A DNA stretch of 64,000 nucleotides from Octopus vulgaris (Eukaryota), in contig OX597824.1 of the NCBI GenBank assembly GCA_951406725.2, positions 84,816,001-84,880,000 on the forward strand. Reading direction: 5' to 3'. Shown here piece by piece: positions 52,466 through 64,000 of the stretch (position 1 is the first letter of the stretch; each line of letters opens with the position of its first letter). Below the pieces are notes generated by a model. It saw nothing but the letters and a program-made list of their open reading frames with translations. It ran no database searches and was not told the DNA's origin. Position numbers and translations under genes: made by a program.

Positions 52466-52749
52466 CTGTTCAATAAACAAACAAACTTAATAAATAATAG
52501 AACTTCGAGATTTCTTTCCTTCTCTTTTTCATCATTACCCATAAGCAAAACTGACAAAAACTAACGGACTAGGTGGCTAACAGTCCAGTACATGTAAAAG
52601 ACAAATTTACAGAAGGACTGCATGTAGTATTAACCATTTTGATACCAACCCGCCTGAAACCACCCCTGGCTCTGTAGTACAAATGTCTTGTTTTCAAAAG
52701 TTCTGAATTAGAATCTTCCACCAAACCTTTCCTAACTTAATGATAACTA

Positions 52750-52954
52750 ACTCTTTGCTCTTTTGTTTCAGTCATTTGACTGTGGCCATGCTGGAGCACT
52801 GCCTTTTTAGTCGAGCAAATCGCCCCCAGGATTTATTCTTTGGAAGCTTGGTACTTATTCTATCAGTCACTTTTGCTGAACCGCTAAGTTACGGGGACGT
52901 AAACACACCACCATCAGTTGTCAAGCGATGTTGGAGGGACAAACACAAACACAT

Positions 52955-53002
<48 letters not shown>

Positions 53003-53166
53003 GATGGGATTCTTTCAGTTTCCATCTACCAAATCCACTCACAAGACTTTGGTTGGCCCGAGGCTATAGTAGAAGACACTCGCCCAAGGTGCCACACAGT
53101 GGGAATGAACCCGGAACTATGTGGTTCGTAAGCAAGCTACTTACCACACAGCTACTCCTGCGCCTA
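52750..53166 (-). mobile_element. SINE family A inserted in a piggyBac-like MITE, CNOT4 intron
   Basis: MITE sequence resumes on both sides. Confidence 0.88.
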
Positions 53167-53630
53167 TGTTATTTTACTAAATTCTTTGTTATATTAAAAA
53201 TTGAAAGAAACACAGAGCATCTCAACAGAAATATAGTAACAAAAAGGGTGAAATACTAAAATAGAGGGAAATGAGTAAGTTAAACAGAGTCTTGTCTAAA
53301 CTTAAAACGTTGAAAGAACAACTGTTACGGCTTTAAATAACAAATCAAGATTTTAGTTCAAGATTAATTTACAATCCTCTGGTTCGTTTTCTTTGTAACA
53401 AAATTACAGCAGAATAATTAATAATAATATGTCGACCATTTTCAATGCAAGGGTAAGAGACATTACAATGTCAGTCTCAAAGAATGCCAGTGATTATGTA
53501 TCATCAGACATTATATCAATAGTAATGATGGTTTCAAATTTTAGCAAAAGACCAGCAAATTCTTCAGGCAAGTTAATTACATCTACGGAATTTGAACTCA
53601 AAACATAAAGACAGATCAAATACTACAGAG

Positions 53631-53849
53631 CAGTGCTTTTCAAACTTTTTGCTGGAGCGGAACCCCAAGGAAACATTCCACTGGCTCGAGGAACCCCTGT
53701 GCAATAATTTAATAGTCTTATGCACACATATCTGCACAGGAGACTTAAAAATTACTGCCGATTTTAGCAGTTTTGTAACTTCTTGCGGAACCCCTGGACT
53801 GTACTGTCGGAACCCTAAGGTTCCGCGGAACCCTGGTTGAAAACCACTG
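53631..53849. mobile_element. hAT-type MITE
   Basis: CAGTG...CACTG TIRs, 8-bp TSD ctacagag/cttcagag, repeated ggaacccc subterminal motifs. Confidence 0.85.
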
Positions 53850-54228
53850 CTTCAGAGCATTCTGCTTATGTGTGTGTATGTGAAATGCCACATACACATG
53901 CGTACACATATACACACACGCGAACGCATACACACACACGCATATACACATACATACATACACATACTGATTCTGCCAGCTCATAGTAACTTTTTCTACA
54001 AGAGACACAAGGCTTGAAATGTTAAGAAAGGAAGCTTGTCATTACATCAAACCCAGTACATTACTGGTACTTCTTTTATCAAACCTAAAAGGAAGGCAAA
54101 GTCAACTTTGGTAGAATTTGAACTCAGAACATAAAGATTAAGGAAAAGCCGCAACACACATCGTCTGGCATGCTATTGGTTCTGCTAGCTTGTTGCCTCA
54201 AAAGATAATAAATTTCTGATTGCCTCAC

Positions 54229-54506
54229 CCGTAGAATGCTGGATTGCGGAATTTTTTGTTGTCTCCCTCTCGCTGCCACTAGAGAAGCCATTACCACTGA
54301 AAAATGAAAGACTGTCTGCATTCCTTTTTTCCAGCACTTGTCGTGATACCTGGTTTATGCCCATAAGTGTTAGAGATGGATTCATTGCGGTAGCAAATGC
54401 ATCATTCATGTGGACTGCTGAAGTTGGCGATGGTGCTGAGTAGGACGACGATGTTGAAACCCGAATATTTGGGGAATCAATTGAACCATTACTGTAATTT
54501 TCTACC
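54229..54506 (-). CDS. CNOT4: CNOT4 exon: VENYSNGSIDSP...DSLSFFSGNGFSSGSERETTKNSAIQHST
   Basis: cag acceptor, gtgag donor; 278 nt, phase 2/1, no stops. Confidence 0.82.
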
Positions 54507-55774
54507 CTGTAGAATGTAATAGCAACAAGTACAGAAGGAGATTTTTTGTTTTTTTTGGTATTTTTACAGGAATAAGACTCAAAGAATTAAGAAACAAAAC
54601 AAAAAATGTAACAAATATACAGAATATTTTGTGTGACTTTAAAGGCAAAAATAATAAAATGCGCCTTTTTAAAGCCTAGCCAAACTCATGGGCCCGGTTT
54701 CCCAGTTTCTACGGTGTGTTTCCCAGCTGGACGGACACTAGTCCATCGCAGCACTAATTTTTGCCAGCTGAGTGGACTGGAGCAACATGAAATGAAGTGT
54801 TTTGCTCAAGAACACAACACATCACCCAGTCCAGGAATCGAAACCACAATCTTACGATCATGATGCTGACACCCTAACCACTAAGCCACGCGCTTCCACA
54901 AAGGCAAAAATGCAAGAGGTAAAATAAAATGGAAGTAAAATGATAAATTAGTTTCAAATTTTGGCACAAGGCTATCAGTCTTTGAGGAGGGGCCATGTTG
55001 ATTGACTCCAATGTTCAACTGGTACTTATTTTATCGATCCCAAAAGGACGAAAGGCAAAGTCAACCCCTGTGGAATTTAAACCCAGAACACGTAAAGACA
55101 ACCAAAATGTGGCTCAGCATTTTGCTAACAATTCTGCGAGCTTGCAACTTTATACAAAATAATAAAATAGTAAATCAACAACTCAACTGACTAATTTATA
55201 ATCTATTTAGGATGCAAGTCATCTACAGATTGTATAACCTGGTAAACAAAATCAAGTTTACAAACAATAGAAATGTAAATCATTCTGATAACATTGCAAA
55301 GATCATTCTGATAACATTGCAAAGATCATTCATCATCATCATCGTTTAACGTCCGCTTTCCATGCTAGTATGGGTTGGATGATTTGACTGAGGTCTGGCA
55401 AACCAGATGGCTGCACCAGACTCCAATCTGATCTGGCAGAATTTCTACAGCCGGATGCCCTTCCTAACGCCAACCACTCCGAGAGTGTAGTGGGTGCTTT
55501 TACATGCCACCGACACGAGGGCCAGTTAGGCGGTACTGGCAACGGCCATGCTCAAATGGTGCTTTTTATGTGCTACCTGCACAGGTGCCAGTCCAGCGAC
55601 ACTGGCAACGACCTGTAGGAAGGGGAGGAATCTAATATTTTGGGATGTAGAAACATTCATCTTTAAGATTTTTGTCTGAACACCTGGAAGACTTCAAGAT
55701 TCTACAAACACTAATCAAATAACGAATTGCAGTAGAATGAAATCAAAATATTAAAAAGTCGAAGTAAAACTTAC

Positions 55775-56092
55775 ATTGATAATTTATCAGGATCTCGTTT
55801 GTCTCTAAGACATTTGTTCTGTTTGGTTGGTGTGCTTGGTCTGTGAGTATGATGTCTAGTTGTGTTGGGCACTTTGTTACCATTGAGGAGTCTCTCAGCA
55901 CTGGTTGCTTTGCTGCCAACTGGTGTGACATTACTCCCTACTATTGTGGTTCCAACAGTAGTCGCACTGCTTGTACCACCACCACTGTTCAGAACTGGCC
56001 AGACATCTTTGCTTGCATTGAGTGCTGCTTGTTGCTGACTGGCTGCTAAACCAGATCCCACCACCAGAGAAGAGGAAGTGGAAGAAGCTGAA

Positions 56093-56124
<32 letters not shown>

Positions 56125-56233
56125 GGAAGAGGACCCTGTTGAGAGGAACTGCAGTTCTGTTGTTTGCTGGAGTAGTGTTGACTGTTGGGGTGGAGATGAC
56201 TGTTCAACTGTGACAGGTGACGAGGATTTTTTC
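55775..56233 (-). CDS. CNOT4: CNOT4 exon, low-complexity Ser/Gln-rich region with poly-Ser
   Basis: open frame within ORF 55771..56301; tandem aagtag acceptor, gtaag donor; phase 2/2 fits flanking exons. Confidence 0.82.
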
Positions 56234-57841
56234 CTACTTGAAAATAAACAAACAAATATATTAGAAACCTCATTTCCATACAGATTTCTAATTTCAAACA
56301 ATGGGTTAGCTAGGTCTGTACGTAGAGCATATATTTGGAGAGATTAAATCATGCTATATAAACTGGATTATGTTCCTTACACTAACAAGACCAAATTTAT
56401 AGAGGAATATCAAAGATTTGACCCATTTTAATACCAACCCACCTGAGACCACCCTAGCCCTATAATATAAACTTCATGATTTAAATGACCTAAAACCCTC
56501 CCTCAAAATTCTATGTTAATTTATTCGTTCCAAACATCAATGTAATAATGACAAAATTATTTTATTAAACTTTAATTGAAACAGAAGCAGTGTATTTCTT
56601 TAATGTCCGCTTTCAACTGAGGGCTGGCAAACCAGATGGCTGCACCAGGCTTTAATCTACAGCTGGATGCCCTTCCTAACGAGAGTGTAGTGGGTGCTTT
56701 TTACATGTCACCGGCACGTTTAAATAAAGACATGAAATGGTAATATCATGATTAGATGAATCAGTTATATAAAAATCACAACTCAAAGCCCTCATCAGAG
56801 GGAAGAGAATGCTTTGATCTGTTTGAAATGAAGTTAGTTTTGTCCGCTGTAATACATTAAAAAAAGTGGCCAAAAGCCTTTTTTTTTTTTTTTTTCAAGT
56901 GATTGGCACCATCCCTGAAGAGTGTCCATAGAATCCTTGGAAACAGAACTAGGCTGATATATCATAAAACCGATGTTGGACCAAATGCAGAATACAGATG
57001 AATGGAAAAGGAATATAAGCCCACATTTTCTTCATTCATTCTTGGACACTGTGAAATGCAGTTAGAAAACTGAACCAAAAAATCACATCTCAGCAATTCT
57101 ATTCATATTTTCCTATCACCCTCAATATTTATAATATTCAAAGATCTCAAACATTTCCTTGGCCAGTAAGAATGGCATCTCGAATTTACATTGATAAATT
57201 AAAATTATCAAATAATAGCAATCAAAATTATGAAATATTCTGATTTTAATTGTACAAGGGGTCCACATGTCTAGCTGTTTAAAAGCCCTACTTATTTTTC
57301 TCTATGCATCAAAATAGAGCAGTTCAATACTGAAACAGAAAATTAGCTAAAATATGGAGGTGAATGTGTACTATTATTCAATGCCTACCTTAACCCTTTT
57401 GTTACCAACCCACCTGAGACTGCCCCTAGTTCTAGGACACAAACATCTTGTTTTAAAGTGATCTAAATTCAAACCTCTCATCAAGGTTTCAAGTTAATTT
57501 AAGTTTCAAGTACCAACTTAGTGACAAAATTGTGCTAATTTCTTAATTATTTTTTAAATAAATTGAAACAAAAGGAGGATATTTCAGCAGAAATATGGTA
57601 AAGAAAGGTTTAAGTATAAAATAAGTAGGAATATTGTAAACAGAATTTTAGCCAAAATTATTTAGTTGAAATACTTTGGAAATCAGATATTCCATTACAG
57701 TTTTAACTCAGATATTCCATTACAGGACAAATAATTTAAACATCAGTTATGTCCAGCTTTTACATCAAGATGAAATTTATCTGGTAATCATAACACTTAA
57801 GATTGCTGATGTACAGAGTTTTAGAAATGGAGTTGACTTAC

Positions 57842-57940
57842 CTTGAAGTTATAGTTTTACTGGATGTTACATGGTTATTTGCTAAATTTTGGGAATTCAT
57901 AAACTGTTCTAACAATTTCTGTTCATATTCTTGATGTTTA
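57842..57940 (-). CDS. CNOT4: CNOT4 exon: KHQEYEQKLLEQFMNSQNLANNHVTSSKTITS
   Basis: cag acceptor, gtaagt donor; GKHQEYEQKLL conserved motif; phase 2/2. Confidence 0.93.
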
Positions 57941-58564
57941 CTGAAGAGTGGAAAAAAAAAAAGAGAAAGTAAAATTACAATGTTTCTTTTTACACTAATT
58001 AAAAAGTAAAATGAGAGGAAGAAACTAATTGCCTTTCTTCATCATTGTGAATAGATATCATCATCATATAAGTGGGGTTGTGCATTTGCAATTTTCATGA
58101 ATACATATCCAGCTATTGTGCTGTTAGTGTTCAAAGGACTAGGAGAAATATAAAGTCAATTACATTAACCCCTGTGCTCAACTGATACTTATTTTATCAA
58201 CTCCAAAAGGATGGACAGTAAAGTTAACCTTGGCAGAATTTGAACTCAAAACATAAGGAGTGACAAAATACCACTAAGCATTTTGCCCTGCTTAGTAATG
58301 ATTCTACCAGCAAATGACAAGTAGCTATGTGAGACAGAAAAGAAAAACAGACTTGACTTGTGGCAGTTACTGATAACACCACCGATAACGTACCTGCAAT
58401 TCCCTTAAGTACAATATAATCTTTTGCTACTTTCCTCTCAATAAACAATAACAAAAGTGAATGCCCAAAACATCTTTAGATGATGACTACAATGAAGTAT
58501 AGCTGCTCTACATTTAAAGATTTATATAATTAGATTGAAGAGTTACATCAAATGACTGACTTAC

Positions 58565-58632
58565 CCCATTTGCATTTCTTCTTTTGTAAAACTTGCTGCC
58601 TCTTCCCCTAACTCATGTAAATACATACAATC
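58565..58632 (-). CDS. CNOT4: CNOT4 exon, end of C3H1 zinc finger: DCMYLHELGEEAASFTKEEMQMG
   Basis: cag acceptor, gtaagt donor; CMYLHE and SFTKEEM motifs. Confidence 0.95.
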
Positions 58633-59478
58633 CTGCAAGGAGAGAAAGAAAGGAAAATGTTACTAAGGTGAGCATATAACACTGGCCAATATGAAGTGAC
58701 GAGTTCAAGTTAGACTGGTAAAATCTTTGAATTTTAACCCTGTAATGCCATATTCTCGCTATAGTGGGAATATGGTTAAATGTCGTCTCTGCCAGATTCC
58801 AGGTAAAGTGATAATGAACGCAGCCAAATCTGTCCATTAGTTTTCCTGAAATTGTTACTCTTGAGCTGTATAAGCAACCATTTATTTTTTTGCTCAGGAG
58901 CCCAGGTAGAGGATAAAGTTGAGATAAGTGAAGTACTCATTTAGCACTTCACATTTTTTTTTTCCAATAATGTAGATGGGATTACATTATCCAATTCTCT
59001 TTTAAAGGCAATAGATTGCAATTTCCTGTTCCTTTGGTTGCTACCTTTAACAGATCAAAAGACTATAGCTTTCTGAGGCTTCTTCGTTGACTCAAACAAT
59101 TTAGGCAGGGAAGTGTAGGTGAAGAAGTATTTCAATTCTTAAGTCAGATAACCATGGGATTGGACTGGATTGGATTTGTCCATGTTCAGTCTACAGCAGG
59201 ACAAGGGCCTCAGCATGTTCTCTCCACCAACCATGGTCTGATGTAGTGGCTTTGAATTTGAGCTTGAGATCATAATGGTTTGATGAGCCTACTCTGCCAC
59301 ACTGGCCCGGTATGTCTTGGCAGAGGGAACCACAAGATACTGAACTGAAATAAATATTTAGCAAATGTCTTCCAACTCAAGATTGTAACCTTCCATCCCG
59401 CCTCAAAACTGCCTCCTCGGCAAGCTCCAAACATAGAGAATCATGAAACACTTGGCCTGTTTAAACACTGTGACTTAC

Positions 59479-59643
59479 TGATTTAGGACATTGCGCTCCT
59501 TTGAGAAAGTGACTGCAGTACTTTGTTGTGCCCAGTGATGCTTTCAGTGTTCGACCATCTACATGAACGTTATTGACTGCTAAAATAGCTTTCAGAGCAT
59601 CTTCAGATCTGTTGTATGTTACATATGCACTGGCACTTGGACC
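59479..59643 (-). CDS. CNOT4: CNOT4 exon, RRM C-half and start of C3H1 zinc finger: GPSASAYVTY...ASLGTTKYCSHFLKGAQCPKS
   Basis: cag acceptor, gtaagt donor; 165 nt, phase 0/0; hallmark Not4 LGTTKYC motif. Confidence 0.96.
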
Positions 59644-60503
59644 CTGCAAGAAAACAGAAATAACACATCAATCTCAAAAGACAGGTTCTCTGTACATCGA
59701 CAGAAGTTAATGTATAAAGAAAGTTATCTCACAACTATTTCAATTTTAAACTCTAAACATTTTGTTTCACTTACAGAAATCAAATATAAAACATTTATGA
59801 TTGGTAATGTAATTAGTTAGAAAAGTTGGCAATACATGTCTAAACATGTTTGGGAGACCTAATGTACTGATCTCTTACTGTATCTTCTTTAACCTCTTCA
59901 TAATAACAACATACTTTCTATGGTCCATTTGGTTAATATTTTTGATATTCAGAAACTAAACATTATGCAGTTTTGTGACTCTCTGAAAGTGAGAGAACAC
60001 CTTTTCACTGAAGCTTCCTATGACCCTTTGTCACAGCCATACCAAGTTACAATTAAAAATGTATCCTTTTTAAGAAGGGAAACAATGTAAAGGAGAAGTT
60101 TCATTACCAGTTAAAATCCTTGTAGCTACCTAGATGCAAAATCAATGTTCGATATTAACTTGTCCAAGTAACTTCTATAATCAGGACAAATTAACATCTT
60201 AAAATTTTCCCTTATTTATAGCAAGAATCCTAATATTTCCTTGTAATAGAATCTCAGGCAAGAAGAATTAAGTGAGAAATACATAACTTTAATATAAGCC
60301 TACTAATAGCTATCTACACAGGTGGTGCTCTAGCATGGTCGTCACTATGATAGCCTTAAAAAAAACAACCTGAAGAACTGACAAACACCGGTCTATTTAT
60401 TTAGTCCTACACCTTGTACACATACAAGCATGTCTAGATAGAACAGTAGTAATAAACATTTGAAATAAAATGTGTGTATAATAATATGTAAATTAAAACA
60501 TAC

Positions 60504-60651
60504 CTGGGCCCCTGCATAAGATGTGCTTTGATTAATGACAACTTTGTGGATCTTTCCAAATTTACCAAAATATTCATGCTTTTTTAATACGTCAGGTTCT
60601 GCTAACCTTTGAGATAGACCCACAACAAAAACAAGATTTTTTTGAACAACT
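60504..60651 (-). CDS. CNOT4: CNOT4 exon, RRM N-half: VVQKNLVFVVGLSQRLAEPDVLKKHEYFGKFGKIHKVVINQSTSYAGAQ
   Basis: ttttcag acceptor, gtatg donor; near identity to the Not4 RRM; phase fits both neighbours. Confidence 0.96.
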
Positions 60652-62147
60652 CTGAAAAGAAAACGAAAATATAAACATTAAGAACATACTAAAAGATTAG
60701 ATATCTGCATTTTCAAAATGATGTCCATAGGAAAATTACTATATATACTACCCTGCAGCTTGAAAAATCTTGCTATAAATAATAAGGGGAAATTTTTAAG
60801 AAAACCAGCTTTTTTTTAAAGTAAAACTATTTAAAATAGAATTAATATTTCGTCTGTATTTTTACTTTGTTACTTTTGTGTAACACTACTTAGAGTTCCT
60901 TTACAAAAATTCTAAAATGGATTTAGATGCTCAAAAATTGAAACCTAATCTTTGACAGGTTAAAAAAAATAAAATCTTTCAATTGCAGTCATTATGATCA
61001 TATAGTATAGTTTTAGCATCTGCCTTAATGAGGAGGAATGTTATTGGCAAACCAAATCCACAATGTAGTTTTCATTAACAGAACCATTTCCGCTACATCG
61101 TAAACCCCCTTCAAAGGGGGAATGAAGATTACAATCTGATATTTCCTCTTGTTTTAAATAGCCTAATTAAGATATCACAGGTAGCTGAATTGTCAGCCAA
61201 AGAATTTTTTTATTACAACTAGATCTAAAACAAAGAAATGGCTTTATTAACAGCAATAAAACATTAGAAATAAGAAACGGAAAACTTTTTTTTTTGCAAA
61301 TCAAACACAGTAACAATATCTCAAAGATAAAAATTTAACATTGGTGGTGCTATCATTTACAGTAGAACTATCATAACAGAATTATCAAAATCTCACTGCT
61401 TTGTCCCTGGTTGACCAGGATAGGACTTCTGGTTTAGTTAAAATTGTATTAGTTTCTGAAAATACATGTTTCACATATAATAAAATCATCACATTTAAAA
61501 CATTGCCTAGAAATATACATTTTTAAGTAGTAATTTCAAAAAATAAATTTTTGAAATTAATAAAGCATAGAGGAAGGATATAAAGAAGAGAAAAAAAACT
61601 AAATTGAAATTAAAGAAATTTGGATATGATTTTTCATTGAAACATTTTAGCTTAATCTTCAGTGCTTTGGTTCAGATTTGTTACACTTAAAACGGTAAAA
61701 ACAAGCCTTCTAGCATCACATAAAAAAAAAATAAGCAATCTTCCAGTTTTAGTTCACACAGACATTGCTTCCTCTGTAGATCTTTCTGTCTCTTTTCTTT
61801 CTTTATCCTATGTAATTGACAGGACATAGTTCTTGAATTGAAAATATTGCTGAAAAGATGGGCACTAGTAAAAGGGACTTGAAGAAATAAGGTCAAAGTA
61901 AAGTGCCAACACATTCAAGATTCTGTTGACAAAGGAACAAAGCTTTCTTAGTCAGATATAATTGTAATATCAAAGAATGCAGTTACCATTTGTTCTTGTT
62001 TTAGCCTCATACTGGTACCATTATCATCAGCCAAATTAACTCCTTACTCAACTGATCCTTCAACAGTTTTTCTCATGTATTCTAAACTTCCAAGCAAACA
62101 CTCCAACATTTAAAAAGAACCTTTTTAAAAAAAACTGATCGACCTAC

Positions 62148-62237
62148 CTAACATTTGCTAAATGTTTTCTGTTTTCAGCTGCTTTCTGCTTCCTCTGTAG
62201 ATCTTTCTGTCTCTTTTCTTTCTTTATCCTATGTAAT
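62148..62237 (-). CDS. CNOT4: CNOT4 coding exon (coiled coil after RING): LHRIKKEKRQKDLQRKQKAAENRKHLANVR
   Basis: tag acceptor and gtagg donor; 90 nt, phase 2/2; matches the recalled vertebrate CNOT4 segment LQRIKNEKKQK...ENRKHLASVR. Confidence 0.93.
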
Positions 62238-64000
62238 CTACAGGACAAGATTCTGCATTGTAAATACTTAAAATAAAACATCAGACAGCAAAATTAACAT
62301 GTACAATGATGGAAAGATTTCTCTTCTCTTCTGTTTGCAAGTAAGGATAATAGTCTACAAAAAAATGTAAAAGGATGAAATGTTTTAAATGCTAAGGAGC
62401 CAATATAAACAATATAAACCTATTGACTGACTTGACAGCATTCGCCCGGGGTGGGTTGAGCTGGCTTCATTCATCCTCAATGCTGCATCTCTCACAATTG
62501 ATACAATAGGTTTCTCTCAGAGATGAGAGTGAGAGAAACCTATTGTATCAATGCTAAGGAGCTATTATAAATCTATTGTATCAACCACAAATTTATACAT
62601 CACATGCATGTAAAAGAACACACTCAGACATATATGCCCATTAAAAATATAGAGCCTGGTTAGAACATACCACAAGCAACCATTTCAAGATAGAGTTCCT
62701 TCCTATGTTGTTACAATTATTTGGCAAGAAATATTGCAGGAAACTTAGTTGAATAGTAAAATCTTAAGGTTATATTACTTAATGTTCTAAAAACATTAAG
62801 AAAATAATTTCATTAAGCATGAATTTTAATAACAGAGAAAGAAAACTAAATAGCTATGATGTTGATACAATTTCAAATTGTATGAGTTCAGGCGAAACAA
62901 CTGAGAACAGAAACTAAGCTGAATTGAAGAACTTATAATATGACATCAACATTGTTCATAGATATAAAAAAGACATAAGTACCACAAGGTATTTAATCCG
63001 AGTTAGATTCCTACCCAAAGGCAACTTTACCTGTCAGCATTTCAAACATGATTAAACACTTGTTGACCACCAGTGTCAATTTGATCCACAGAACCTCTCA
63101 AAATGTTTGGCCTTGTGCTCAAATTAGGAATCAATATTATAAAATTAACCAGCTTTTTACAAAGAAAATTATAGGAATAAATGTGCTGAATAAAAACACT
63201 CACAGTTTCCACTGCATAACTGCAGTAGTGAAATTGTAATCTATCTCATTGAAGGTTAGAGAAGCTGTAAATAAGCAGCAAATGCATTTATCTATTTACA
63301 GCACTAACTTAGCAGACTAACGACCTTTGCATCGAAAAAATGATGTTAAAGAAATTTTTGCTGCAGCAATTATTTAGGTAGAAATACTAAGTAGTCATAA
63401 TCATTTAGGTAGAAGTCTATAAAAAAAAATCTCAAATTATTATTTATGACTGCTTTGGATGACTTCAACACTTCTTTCTTCCAATCCTCTTTCATCTATC
63501 TCTACCATGGATACACTATCAACTTGCAATAGGTTTTTTTTTTTTTTATTATCCTATTTCTTTATTGCCCACAAGGGGCTAAACATAGAGGGGGCAAACA
63601 AGGACAAAGGGATTAAGTCGAGTAGATCAACCCCAGTGTGTAACTGGTACTTAATTTATCAATCCCCAAAAGGATCTAGCCTGTATTCATCATCATTGTT
63701 TTACTGATCCTTTTTCCATGCTTGGATGCATCAGACAGAAATGCTGAAGCACATTTTTCTGTGACTGAATGCTCTTCCAGTTGCCAATCCTCACTGGTTT
63801 CCAAGCAAGGTAATATTTCCTCCTAAACAGACTGAAAATGAATGACACCACGTTTATGATGGTGATGATGATGCAAGCTTACATCTACCATGCAATGACA
63901 AGACAAGGAAACACCAAAAAAAGGACACCCCCCCCCCCAACCAGTTTCTTTCAATTTCTATCTTGCAACTCCACCCACAGGGTTTTGGCTAACCTCCAGA

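Noticed and set aside
55280-55330. Short exact tandem duplications (also about 31400-31442 and 57683-57725)
   Set aside because: Ordinary slippage or TSD-like duplications with no further signal.

Overview
Repeat-rich eukaryotic DNA, most likely from an octopus/coleoid cephalopod (inferred from the tRNA-derived SINE repertoire, heavy (TA)/(TG)/(TATG) microsatellite load and TTAGGG tracts; not database-confirmed). The right part (about 37.95-64 kb) holds the 3' portion of CNOT4 (CCR4-NOT subunit 4, RING E3 ligase) on the minus strand: 14 coding exons read by hand with consistent splice phases (coiled coil, RRM, C3H1 zinc finger, CAF40-binding motif, C-terminal PPPGF motif) and a predicted ~2.7 kb 3' UTR. 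The RING exon lies beyond the window. The left part (1-36 kb) is mostly intergenic: at least five SINE families, RTE-type LINE relics, four IS630-Tc1-mariner lineages, and Merlin-like, hAT, piggyBac and Helitron-like non-autonomous elements. Almost all ORFs in the supplied track are microsatellite or SINE artefacts. Most notable observations: a cluster of minimal type I hammerhead ribozyme motifs at 16.4-17.0 kb (two face each other in a perfect 136-bp palindrome); SINE concatemers repeatedly joined at the tRNA anticodon-like loop; an intronic partial duplicate of a CNOT4 exon with a new in-phase acceptor; and a CpG-decay contrast between the gene and the intergenic half. Coordinates were counted by eye, and ends of degenerate repeats are approximate.
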